Assembly: GCA_963816265.1 (NCBI GenBank)
Contig: CAWFJQ010000003.1
Coordinates: 1,681,620-1,745,619, forward strand
Direction of reading: 5' to 3'
Length of the DNA stretch: 64,000 nt
Origin: Vicinamibacterales bacterium
Lineage (GTDB): Bacteria; Acidobacteriota; Vicinamibacteria; Vicinamibacterales; Vicinamibacteraceae
Notes under the pieces: generated by a model
The model's database searches: none
What the model was told of the DNA's origin: nothing
The model's input: the letters and a program-made list of their open reading frames with translations, nothing else
Part shown: piece by piece, positions 48,076 through 57,005 of the stretch
Layout of the letters: every line of letters begins with the position of its first letter
Position numbering within the stretch: position 1 is the stretch's first letter
Translations under genes and position numbers: made by a program

Positions 48076-51000
48076 GATGTCGACTCCCCGAGCCGGTCGA
48101 CGGCGCCAACTCGTTCTTCCCGAGCGCTCAGCCAACGATGCACATGGAGGTAGAACACCGGCAATACGAACAGCGTGAACAACGTTGACGTAACCAGCCC
48201 GCCGATCATGACGATGGCCAGCGGGCGTTCGATCTCCGTGCCGTGGAGCCGCAGCAACAGCAGCGGCAACAGGCCGAGCGTCGCGGTGCCCGCGGTCATC
48301 AGCTTGGGCCGAACGCGCCCCACGCTGGCCTCGCGCACGGCTTCTTCGATCGGACGGCCGTCCTGCTCCAACCCTCGTGACTGGGTGACCAGGACCAAGC
48401 TGTTCTGAACGGCGATCCCGAACAGTCCAATCAGGCCGACCAGGGACGACACATTCCACGTCTCACCGGCCACCAGCAGGGCCAGGATGCCCCCGACGAA
48501 CGCGATGGGCACGGTGACGAGGATGAGCGACGCCTCCACCGCTGATCCGAGGGCCATGTTCAGCAGGATGAAGACGCCAAACAGCGACGCCAGGATCGCA
48601 ATGGTCAGCGCTCGTGAGGCGCGTGCCTGGCTGTCGACCCGGCCGGCGAGATCGAAGAAAAAGCCGCTTGGCAGTTTCAACTGAGCGGCGAGTCGTTCGC
48701 GCACCTCGGCTGCGGCACTTCCCAAGTCACGGCCCGTGACCGACGCTTCAACGGCGATTCTCCTGGTGCCCGCTTCACGGCGGATCGACGCCGGGCCAAA
48801 GGTCTGGGTGATATCCGCGAGCTGGTCCAGGGGAATCTTGGTCCCGTCATGTCCATCGATGAGCAGCGTCTTGAGTCCTGCGAGACTGTTCCGACGGTCG
48901 TCGCGCAACCGCACGACCAGGTCGAAGCGACGCTGACCGTTCCACACCTGCGCGCCCTCTTGCCCGATCAGACCGATGCTGATCGCGCGGATCACGTCGC
49001 CGGGAGCCAGCCCGACGCGCGCCGCGGCCTGGCGATTCACCGTGATCTGAAGCTGTGGCAGTCCAGTCAGCGCTTCAGCACGGAGGTCGGTCAGCCCGTC
49101 GACGCTGGTCATGATGCGCTCGGCCTCTTCGGCAAGCGTGGCGAGCTGCCCGAGGTCTGGGCCGAACACGCGAACGGAGATGTCGGCGGGCGTTCCGCCC
49201 AAACCCTCGTCGATACGCATCCCGAGGGGGGTCGTGAACAGAACAGCGATACCGGGCAGGTTCGCCAGTCGCTCTCGCATGTCGTCCTCGATGGCCGCGA
49301 GCTCCCGGGTGCGATCGGCCTTCAACGTCACGAGGACATCAGACAGCGTGTGAGGCATCGGATCCTCGGTCCGTTCGGCGCGCCCCGTACGGCGGACGAC
49401 GTCTTCAACCTCCGGAACCGTTCGCAGAACATCCTCCACGCGATGGTTGAGTCGGTCGACTTCGTCCAGCGAGGCTTCGGTCGGTAGAACCGTCTGCAAC
49501 AGAAAGGCTCCCTCATCGAGTTGGGGCATGAAGTCGCTTCCGACCAGAAGCCCCAGCCCGAGTGAGGGCCCCGCCAAAAGGACTGTCGCCAGCAGCACAA
49601 GGCGTGGGTGGGCGAGGCATCCGTCCAGGATCGGTCGGTAGCGAACCTTGACCCATCGCAACAGCCAGACGTCTTCGGGAGCCTCGGGCTTCGGCGGACG
49701 CAACACCAGCGCCGAGACGATTGGTACAACGGTCACTGCCAGCACCAGCGATGCCGCCATGGCGGCCATGACCGCCGCCGCGAGCGGCTGGTACATGCGT
49801 CCCTCGATCCCCGACATGCCGAAGAGCGGCAGGAAGACGACGATGACGATCAGCGTCGCAAAGGCGATGGGCCGCGCGACTTCGATCGCAGCCGACAGCG
49901 CGCGCTCGCGCCGCGCCGCCCGGGTCGACGCACCGGCCAGGCGGTGAAGGATGTTCTCGACCATGATGATCGCCGCATCCACCAACAAGCCGACAGCAAT
50001 GGCGAGTCCGCCCAATGTCATCGTGTTCAGGCCCACGTCGAGCCAGTGCAGCAGGAGCCCGGCGAGGGCGATGGACACGGGAATGGTCAAGGTCACGACG
50101 AGGGCCGCCCGCCAGTTGCCGAGCAATCCGAGAATCACCAGCACGACGAACACCGCCCCCAGCATGACGGCGCGACCGACGCCACCCAGGGCCGAGGTGA
50201 CCAGTTCGGACTGGTCGTAGACGATGCGGAGCTGGACGCCGCGCGGCAGCCCCCGTCGAATATCGTCGACCGCCTGCCTGACCCCGGCGGCGACGGCCAC
50301 GGTGTCTGCGCCGAACTGCTTGGTGACCCTTGCGCTCACGACCTCCCCGGCGAGTCGATGGGCCACACCGCGACGCACCGCTGCGGCTTCGCGGATGTCC
50401 GCTACATCGCCCAGCAACACGGGCACATTGCCCCGGACGGTGACAACGGTGTTGCGGAGGTCCTCGGTCGTGCGGACGCGGCCGACCGCGCGCACCGTCC
50501 ACTCGATTGGCCCCTGGGCGATGACGCCGCCGGACGCGTTGACGTTGGATTCGTCGACCGCGTGCAGCACCTCGTCGAGACTGACCCGTCGGGCAGACAT
50601 CCGCTCCGGGTCGAGCTGAACCTGGAACTGGCGCAGGTAGCCGCCCAGGCGCTCGACCGCCGCAACGCCCGGCACAGCGAGCAGCCGATTCTTGACGTCG
50701 AACTCCGCCAGGTCGCGGAGGGTCATCAGGTCGGCGCTGCCAGCGTCCGCCTCGAGCGTGAACTCGAAGATCTCGTTCAAGCGGCCGGTCAAGCTCGAGA
50801 TGAGCGGTGGCTCGGTACCCGCGGGGAGCTGGCCTGCGGCCTGCGCGACGCGCTCCGCCACGAACTGCCGCGACCGGTAGTAGTCCGCATTCGGCTCGAA
50901 CTCGACCGTGACCTGGGCGACGCCGAGCTGTGAATTCGAGCGAATCCGGCGGACGTCCGGGAGTCCCGCGAGTTCGACCTCGAGCGGGATGGCGATCGCG

Positions 51001-51188
51001 GTCTCCAGTTCCTCGGCGCCCATCGCGGCGTTCTGAGCGATGACGTTGAAGACCGGAGCGGACAGATCCGGGAAGACGTCACGCCGCAGGTCCTGTAGCC
51101 ACACGGTGCCAATCGTGGCCCCGGCCGCAATCAGCAGCGACGTGATGAGCGGTGCCTGGAACGCCGTACGAATGGTGCGGGCAATCAT
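48072..51188 (-). CDS. czcA: Heavy-metal efflux RND transporter (CzcA/CusA family).
   Basis: Intact 1038-aa ORF with 12 TM helices and two large periplasmic loops. N-terminus ..LRRDVFPDLSAPVFNVIAQNAAMGAEELE... Confidence 0.9.
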   Translation of the reverse strand: MIARTIRTAFQAPLITSLLIAAGATIGTVWLQDLRRDVFPDLSAPVFNVIAQNAAMGAEELETAIAIPLEVELAGLPDVRRIRSNSQLGVAQVTVEFEPNADYYRSRQFVAERVAQAAGQLPAGTEPPLISSLTGRLNEIFEFTLEADAGSADLMTLRDLAEFDVKNRLLAVPGVAAVERLGGYLRQFQVQLDPERMSARRVSLDEVLHAVDESNVNASGGVIAQGPIEWTVRAVGRVRTTEDLRNTVVTVRGNVPVLLGDVADIREAAAVRRGVAHRLAGEVVSARVTKQFGADTVAVAAGVRQAVDDIRRGLPRGVQLRIVYDQSELVTSALGGVGRAVMLGAVFVVLVILGLLGNWRAALVVTLTIPVSIALAGLLLHWLDVGLNTMTLGGLAIAVGLLVDAAIIMVENILHRLAGASTRAARRERALSAAIEVARPIAFATLIVIVVFLPLFGMSGIEGRMYQPLAAAVMAAMAASLVLAVTVVPIVSALVLRPPKPEAPEDVWLLRWVKVRYRPILDGCLAHPRLVLLATVLLAGPSLGLGLLVGSDFMPQLDEGAFLLQTVLPTEASLDEVDRLNHRVEDVLRTVPEVEDVVRRTGRAERTEDPMPHTLSDVLVTLKADRTRELAAIEDDMRERLANLPGIAVLFTTPLGMRIDEGLGGTPADISVRVFGPDLGQLATLAEEAERIMTSVDGLTDLRAEALTGLPQLQITVNRQAAARVGLAPGDVIRAISIGLIGQEGAQVWNGQRRFDLVVRLRDDRRNSLAGLKTLLIDGHDGTKIPLDQLADITQTFGPASIRREAGTRRIAVEASVTGRDLGSAAAEVRERLAAQLKLPSGFFFDLAGRVDSQARASRALTIAILASLFGVFILLNMALGSAVEASLILVTVPIAFVGGILALLVAGETWNVSSLVGLIGLFGIAVQNSLVLVTQSRGLEQDGRPIEEAVREASVGRVRPKLMTAGTATLGLLPLLLLRLHGTEIERPLAIVMIGGLVTSTLFTLFVLPVFYLHVHRWLSAREERVGAVDRLGESTS

Positions 51189-51195
51189 CGTGGCC

Positions 51196-52386
51196 TCAGT
51201 GATCGTCGTGGCCGGCTTCGGATTTTTCGGCCTGCGACTTCAGGAGGAAGGCTCCGTCGACCACGATGGTCTGGTCGGCGGTGAGCCCTGATAGCACTTC
51301 CACCTCGGTTCCGAGGTCCCGGCCGCGCCCGATAGGCCGAATCTCGAACACACCGCTAGCCTTGGGCACGAAGACGCACCAGTGCTCACCGACCCGCTGA
51401 ACCGCCGAGACCGGAACGGCCAGAATCGGCGTACTGCTGATGCCGATGGGAACGGCCGCGGTCGCCGACATGCCAGGGCGCAGCACGGCATCGCGATTGC
51501 GAACCAAGATCCGGACGTCGATCGTCCGAGACTCGCTCGACACTTGCCGGCCCACCAGGACGACCTGGCCCGGGAAGTCCTGAGCGGGCAGCGCGGAGAA
51601 GGTGACGCGCGACGGTGTTCCTGCTTGGATGCGCAGAGCGTCACGCTCGAAGGCGTGGACTGTCAGCCAGAGCGTCGACAGGTTTGCGATCCGAAAGGCC
51701 GCGGTCCCCGGCTCGAGCATCTGGCCCTGCATGGCACGGCGCTCAATCACGGTGCCAGTCACTGGCGACCGAAGCGTGAAGAACGAGGCCCGCGCCATAT
51801 CGGTCGCTCGCTCGTCTGGCACGCCCACCCCCATCGCATACAGAACCGAAGCCGCCCCCCGTGCCGCGGCTCGCGCGGACGCGGCCTCGGCTTCGGCTTC
51901 CTGCACTTCGCGCTGAGGGGCAATGCGCTCCGCCGCGAGTTCCCGCTTTCGCGCCAAGGCGCTCTCTGCGAGGGACTGGCGCGCCGTCGCCGTCACGTAG
52001 TCGGCTCGGGCTTGACCAACGGTCGTCGACTGCAGTTCCATCAACGCCTGCTCGGCGCGCACCGCCTCGCCGAGGCCGACTATCAAACGCACGACCCGCG
52101 ACGCGACCGGCACGCCAACCTCGGCATAGGCGCGTTCGTCGACGGCCAGCTCACCAAGAAGGGTCAGCTGCTCGTCGCCGCGGCGCGACTCGACCTTCGC
52201 GGTCGTGATTCGCAGGTCTCGCAGCATGCCTGCTTCGATACGCACCTCCGAGGCATTGCCATGGGCGTCGCCGGCTTCCGGCTGCGCTTCCTGCGCGTCG
52301 GCCTTTGGGGCGGGCGATTCGGCGGGCCGACGACAGCCGGCGAGTCCGAGACACGCCGCAAGGACGAGAGCGACTAGGCGAGTCAT
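51196..52386 (-). CDS. czcB: Efflux RND periplasmic adaptor (membrane fusion protein) with a lipoprotein leader.
   Basis: Starts MTRLVALVLAACLGLAGC. It has coiled-coil and beta-barrel MFP modules. It overlaps the czcC stop by 4 nt. Confidence 0.85.
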   Translation of the reverse strand: MTRLVALVLAACLGLAGCRRPAESPAPKADAQEAQPEAGDAHGNASEVRIEAGMLRDLRITTAKVESRRGDEQLTLLGELAVDERAYAEVGVPVASRVVRLIVGLGEAVRAEQALMELQSTTVGQARADYVTATARQSLAESALARKRELAAERIAPQREVQEAEAEAASARAAARGAASVLYAMGVGVPDERATDMARASFFTLRSPVTGTVIERRAMQGQMLEPGTAAFRIANLSTLWLTVHAFERDALRIQAGTPSRVTFSALPAQDFPGQVVLVGRQVSSESRTIDVRILVRNRDAVLRPGMSATAAVPIGISSTPILAVPVSAVQRVGEHWCVFVPKASGVFEIRPIGRGRDLGTEVEVLSGLTADQTIVVDGAFLLKSQAEKSEAGHDDH

Positions 52387-53591
52387 CGCAGCACCGCGGC
52401 CGTCGCGTCGATCTCGACACGCGCCAGTGCGGCCTCCAGCAGGGTGTGCAAATACTGGGCGCGCGTCTCGAGCAGCTCGCGCCGAATGAGGAGCAGGTCT
52501 GGTAAGCCAATCTGTCCAACCTCGAAGCTACGCGCGGTTAGCGCATCGTTCTCGTCGAGGCTCGGAAGCGCATCGGCCTCGAGCGTACGGGCCGCGGTCA
52601 CTCGCTTCTCGTAGACCTCGAGGGCGGTGTCGAGTTCAGTGCGAATGCGCGACCTGGCGGCTTCGAGCTCCATCCGCAGCCGGCTTGCGCGCGCCGTGCC
52701 GACGGCGAGTAGCTCCTGTCCCTTGGAGAAGACGGGCACGGTGATCGTGACGGCGCCGAGAATGATCCGACTGCCCTCCTCGCGGGCGAATCGAACGCCA
52801 ACGCCGTACTCGGGCCGCGACAGCGAACGGGCCATCGCGACGTCGGACTCGGCGTCGCGAACCGCCGCGTCGAGCGTCCGCAACTCCGGACAATCCGCCG
52901 CCAAGCGCGTCAGTTCGATAGCGTCGGGTGGCTGCCCTGGCGCCAAGCTGCCCTGAACAGCGATCGGACCTGGCAGCTGCAGCAACGTTCGGAGTGCGCC
53001 CAGGGCGGCCGCCTGCTCGGCCTCGCCGGTTCGTCGCTCGGCTCGCGCCCGCGCGCGCGATGCGCGCGCCAGGTTGACGTCGAGCGCGGGAATGTCGCCA
53101 GCGCGGTAGCGACGGTCGGCCGCGTCGAATACCGCGCTCGCCAACGTCTCGGCGGTCATGAACAGACGAATGCGTTCCGCTGCGAAGACCGCTTGGTAGA
53201 ACGTGCGGGCAGCGTCGCGCAGCACGCCACGGGTGGTCTCGTCCGCGCTCGCCGCCGCTTCCGCCAGACGCGCGTTGGCACCGGCGATGCGGGCCGACCG
53301 CACACCTGGCGGCTCGAATCGCTGCGACAGCCCCAGCTCGAGGTCGGTCGAACGCGAGCCGTTGCGACGATCGCCGCCGGCGGCGGCGATCTCGGGATTC
53401 GTCAGGCGCACCGATGCTCCAACGACCCGGCCGCGCGCCTCTGCCAGACCCAGACGGCCGCTGACAATCTGCGGCGCGCGTTCGCGCGCCCTCGTCAGGA
53501 CGTCGGCCAAGGTGAGAACCGTCTGAGCGCCAGCGGCGGGACACAGCAACACGACGCCCGCCAAAGCGAGCGCGGCACGCGCAACACGCAT
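52383..53591 (-). CDS. czcC: TolC-like outer-membrane efflux protein.
   Basis: ATG 53591 follows GGGGGAAG. Signal MRVARAALALAGVVLLCPAAGAQ. Two OEP repeats. Confidence 0.8.
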   Translation of the reverse strand: MRVARAALALAGVVLLCPAAGAQTVLTLADVLTRARERAPQIVSGRLGLAEARGRVVGASVRLTNPEIAAAGGDRRNGSRSTDLELGLSQRFEPPGVRSARIAGANARLAEAAASADETTRGVLRDAARTFYQAVFAAERIRLFMTAETLASAVFDAADRRYRAGDIPALDVNLARASRARARAERRTGEAEQAAALGALRTLLQLPGPIAVQGSLAPGQPPDAIELTRLAADCPELRTLDAAVRDAESDVAMARSLSRPEYGVGVRFAREEGSRIILGAVTITVPVFSKGQELLAVGTARASRLRMELEAARSRIRTELDTALEVYEKRVTAARTLEADALPSLDENDALTARSFEVGQIGLPDLLLIRRELLETRAQYLHTLLEAALARVEIDATAAVLR

Positions 53592-53650
53592 GACTTCCCC
53601 CGAATTTGTGATGGAGCGAGACTGCGAGAACGCAGTCCTACGGCACGGAC

Positions 53651-53947
53651 CTACGCCAGTGCCGGTCGGGGGACGTGCAGCACGTCGTTCGGAGATGCGA
53701 GGACAGCGACGGTGAGGGGGTCGGCCCACTCGATGGTCGCCAGCGGCGTCTCGGGCAGCAGCACCGTGGCCACCACGTCATAGGGGCGCGCGCAGTGGCA
53801 GCGAAGACAGGTCGGAGGACACCGGCCGTCCCCTTGAGAAGAAGCGGCGTCAGTGCCGATGCACTCCTCCGGGAAGACGAGCTCGAACACGCCACTCGTC
53901 GTGGTGGAAAGCAGGCCGACGAGGAGCAGCATCAACAGACGACTCAT
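53651..53947 (-). CDS. Small exported Cys-rich protein heading the czc operon.
   Basis: Reads MSRLLMLLLVGLLSTTTSG.. then ..EECIGTDAASSQGDGRCPPTCLRCHCARP... It lies 60 nt upstream of czcC on the same strand. Confidence 0.5.
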   Translation of the reverse strand: MSRLLMLLLVGLLSTTTSGVFELVFPEECIGTDAASSQGDGRCPPTCLRCHCARPYDVVATVLLPETPLATIEWADPLTVAVLASPNDVLHVPRPALA

Positions 53948-53988
53948 GGCCGTCAGTCGTTATACACCCACGAGGCGAGCCGGCGGAA

Positions 53989-55044
53989 CTATCCTTTGCC
54001 TTTGCCATCGACCGAGAGGCGCTCGAGCACCACGTCGAGGTTGCTGCGCATGACGACGTAGGGAACCACGCGCTGGTTGGACGCCGGCCGCTGACGGCTC
54101 TGGAGAAACTGGCAGAGGGACTGGAGCGCGATGCGGCCCTGCGTCAGCGGACGCTGGTAGACCGTCGCCGCGACCTTGCCCTGGCGCATCAAGTCGACGA
54201 GCTCTGGGAAGAGGTCGGTGGCGACGATGGTCAGTCCGGCCAGGCGCCCTTCCCGTTCGGCAGCGCGGAGCACCGGCAGAGAGTTGCTGGTGCTGATGTA
54301 GAGCCCCTGCAAGCGCGGATGCGCGCGCAGCACCTCCCGCGTGCGACGGCGCGCCTCCCGTTCGTCGTCGTGGGCTTCGACGACGGGACCGAGGGTCAGG
54401 CTCGGATTGGTCGCCGCCAGGCCCGAGGTGAACCCGCGCAGCTTGTCGCCGTGATCCTGGGTCGTCAGCCAGCCGGTGAAGAAGCCGACCTGGCCCCCAG
54501 CCGGAAGGAAACGGCCGAGCAGCTCGCCGGCGATCGCACCCACCGTGAATGAATTCGCGGAGACCGACAGCAGGCGCGGGCTGTCGGGAGCGTCGGTGAC
54601 GACGCAGACCACCGGGATGTCGCGCCGGGCCGCCTCCTCGAGATGCGGCGCCAGGGCGTCGGGGTTTCCCGGCGCGATGATGAGCCCGTCGACGCCGTCG
54701 GCGAGCGCCTGCTCGATCAGCGGGATGTCGCCCTCGCCGAGTCGGGGATACGAGCGGAACTCGACCTGGATCGCCGGCGCGAACTGCGCCGCGGCTTCGC
54801 GAATGCCCTCGCGCAGCGCCTCCCAGAACAGGGCGCCCCGGTCGGGCAGATGCACTTCGATCCGCCGCTGCCGGCGGGAGCTCAGGTAGCTGGCGGCGAG
54901 GTTCGGCGAATAGCCGAGCGTCGTCGCGGCGGCAAGGACGCGTTCCCGCGTCACCGGGCTGATGCCCCGCTTGCCGTGGAGCGCGCGGTCCACCGTCCCG
55001 ATGGAAACGCCGCTCCGCTGCGCGATGTCCTTCATGCCGACCAT
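53989..55044 (-). CDS. LacI-family transcriptional regulator.
   Basis: Reads MVGMKDIAQRSGVSIGTVDRALHGKRGISPVTRERVLAAATTLGYSPN, followed by a periplasmic-binding-fold sugar domain. Confidence 0.85.
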   Translation of the reverse strand: MVGMKDIAQRSGVSIGTVDRALHGKRGISPVTRERVLAAATTLGYSPNLAASYLSSRRQRRIEVHLPDRGALFWEALREGIREAAAQFAPAIQVEFRSYPRLGEGDIPLIEQALADGVDGLIIAPGNPDALAPHLEEAARRDIPVVCVVTDAPDSPRLLSVSANSFTVGAIAGELLGRFLPAGGQVGFFTGWLTTQDHGDKLRGFTSGLAATNPSLTLGPVVEAHDDEREARRRTREVLRAHPRLQGLYISTSNSLPVLRAAEREGRLAGLTIVATDLFPELVDLMRQGKVAATVYQRPLTQGRIALQSLCQFLQSRQRPASNQRVVPYVVMRSNLDVVLERLSVDGKGKG

Positions 55045-55093
55045 GGCCGAAGCCAACGGTCGGAGCCGACGCACAGCCGTTATCACCGGCCGG

Positions 55094-55441
55094 TCAGGCG
55101 GGCCACGGCTCGGCCTCCTCGACGGCGACGTGGGCGGCGGGAGCGGCGTCGCTCGACACGTCGGCCACGAGCCAGGCGATCTCGACGATGCACTCGCCGC
55201 GCGCCTCGTCCCACGTGACGCGCGTCGGCGTGAAGACGCGCCGCTCGCCCTGGACCACGACCGCGATGTCGACGTGCGGACTCGCCAGAGCAAGAGGCAT
55301 CGAGATCCGCTTGAGGAACGAGGAGACGAGCTTCGGCTCTCCGCTCGCCTCGTCGGGAACCATGAGGCACAGCCTCAACACGACGGAGGACTCGGCAGAA
55401 CCAGCGTCGCGGGAGGCTCCAGGCGCGGACACAGGATGCAT
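55094..55441 (-). CDS. Hypothetical small protein; the start is uncertain (ATG 55363 is more likely).
   Basis: Third-position GC is high from MVPDEASGEPKLVSSFLKRISMPLALASPHVDIAVVVQGERRVF.. onward. I recognise no motif. Confidence 0.4.
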   Translation of the reverse strand: MHPVSAPGASRDAGSAESSVVLRLCLMVPDEASGEPKLVSSFLKRISMPLALASPHVDIAVVVQGERRVFTPTRVTWDEARGECIVEIAWLVADVSSDAAPAAHVAVEEAEPWPA

Positions 55442-55465
55442 GGGCGAGAGCGCGGACGATACGAA

Positions 55466-55483
55466 CTGTATGCGCTTTCATAC
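55466..55483. promoter_or_regulatory. LacI-type operator candidate in the divergent region upstream of the 55614 LacI gene.
   Basis: Reads TGTATGCGCTTTCATACA, with 6-bp inverted arms. It shares the 12-mer GTATGCGCTTTC with the site at 56907. It sits in a locally AT-rich intergenic stretch. Confidence 0.45.
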
Positions 55484-55613
55484 ATGGCCGTCAAAACTAT
55501 CCGCATGCCGCGTCATATATCCTTAAATTGTTGACCAAAACTAGTTGCGGCACGCTTACACCAGCTACCCCAGTCCGGGACTTGCTGCTCGCGGTGCGTG
55601 AGAAGATGCCGCG

Positions 55614-56600
55614 ATGACGCTCCAGGAAGTGGCCCGGCGCGCGCGCGTGTCCACGGCCACCGTATCGCGGGTGCTGAACAAGGGCACGTCGGTCAAGAGC
55701 TCGACGCGGGCCCGCGTGCTCAAGGTGATCCAGGAGCTGAAGTACAGCCCCAACCTGCACGCCCAGAGCCTGGCCGGCGGCCGGAGCCGGAGCATCGGCG
55801 TGATCGTCTCGAACATCGAGAACCCGTTCTTCCTGGACATCTACAAGACGGTCGAGGCGGGCGCCCATGCGGAGGGCTATGAGGTGATCATGGCCAACAC
55901 CGACTACAGCTCGGAGCGCCTGGTCACCAGCATCCGGCTGATGCTCGGGCGGCGGCTCGCCGGCGTGGCGGCCATCGTCTCCGAGATGGACGCCGCCTTG
56001 ATCCAGGAGCTGAGCGGCCAGCGGATCCCGGTGGTGTTCTACGACGTCGGGACGCCGCGGCGGAACATCACCAACATCCGCGTCGACTATCGGGGGGGCA
56101 TGGCCAAGCTCACCTCCTACCTGTGCAGCCTGGGCCATCGACGCGTGGGCTACGTCGGCCACCACGCCTCACTGGGTCCCATCCAGGAGCGCGTGCAGTC
56201 GTTGCGCGACGCCACCAGCAAGTACCCCGGCCTGGAAGTCGAGACGGCCACCGATGCGGACACGCTCGAGGGCGGTCGGCAGGCCGCGCGCGTCCTGCTC
56301 GGCCGGTCGCCACGCCCAACCGCCCTGATCTGCGTCAACGACGTCATGGCCGTCGGCGCGCTGCGCGAAGTCCGCGCCCGCGGCTTGCGCGTGCCCGAGG
56401 ACGTGTCCGTCACCGGCTTCGACAACGTGACGCTGGCGCAATTCGCCGTGCCGGCGCTGACCACCGTGCACATTCCCCGCGAGCAGATCGGACGCACCAT
56501 CTGCGCCTGCCTGATGCGGGACGACGTCCCGCGCGAGCAGGAGTTCGTCGTCGAGCCGGAGCTCGTGGTTCGCGACTCGACCGGTCCGGCGCCCCGCTAG
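55614..56600 (+). CDS. LacI-family transcriptional regulator.
   Basis: Reads MTLQEVARRARVSTATVSRVLNKGTSVKSSTRARVLKVIQELKYSPN, followed by a sugar-binding domain. Confidence 0.9.
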   Translation: MTLQEVARRARVSTATVSRVLNKGTSVKSSTRARVLKVIQELKYSPNLHAQSLAGGRSRSIGVIVSNIENPFFLDIYKTVEAGAHAEGYEVIMANTDYSSERLVTSIRLMLGRRLAGVAAIVSEMDAALIQELSGQRIPVVFYDVGTPRRNITNIRVDYRGGMAKLTSYLCSLGHRRVGYVGHHASLGPIQERVQSLRDATSKYPGLEVETATDADTLEGGRQAARVLLGRSPRPTALICVNDVMAVGALREVRARGLRVPEDVSVTGFDNVTLAQFAVPALTTVHIPREQIGRTICACLMRDDVPREQEFVVEPELVVRDSTGPAPR

Positions 56601-56761
56601 TGTCCCGAGTCAGAGATTCGGTGCACAAATCGCGGGCGCGGCGCCCGGATCGCAAGGCGCGAGGAGTGAGCATATTGGCGATATGTGAGCGACGAGCAAC
56701 GCGGCGAGGCGGGATGCCCCGCCCGCGAGTTGTGTGGCGAATCTCTGACTCAGGACACTAG
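56597..56761. repeat. 165-bp nested-palindrome repeat element, copy E2.
   Basis: The arms are CTAGTGTCCCGAGTCAGAGATTCG (56597-56620) and CGAATCTCTGACTCAGGACACTAG (56738-56761), with 1 mismatch. Inner stems are CACAA/TTGTG and TCGCGGGCG/CGCCCGCGA. The core is conserved. The left arm contains the LacI TAG stop. Confidence 0.85.
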
Positions 56762-56906
56762 TCGCCTGGAACTTCAGGGGACAAGCAGCTAGCCGCACGC
56801 TCCTCGCCTTGGCGTGGCGTCATCGGCCAGGGGCCTGCATGTAAGCGATTGCCGCGAAGAACCTGAGCGCCGCTGCCTGGCTCGGCCGATGTTGACGGCC
56901 GGAACT

Positions 56907-56924
56907 GAAAGCGCATACGCTTTC
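56907..56924. promoter_or_regulatory. LacI-type operator candidate upstream of the GH51 gene.
   Basis: Reads GAAAGCGCATACGCTTTC: perfect 7-bp inverted arms around a 4-bp centre. It lies about 80 nt before ATG 57006. Confidence 0.5.
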
Positions 56925-57005
56925 GGCCCAACCCCGACTCTACTTCTCAACGCTCGCCCGCATTCGCGCCGGCCCAATCGGCGTGCGCCCCCCGGAGAGG
57001 CATCG

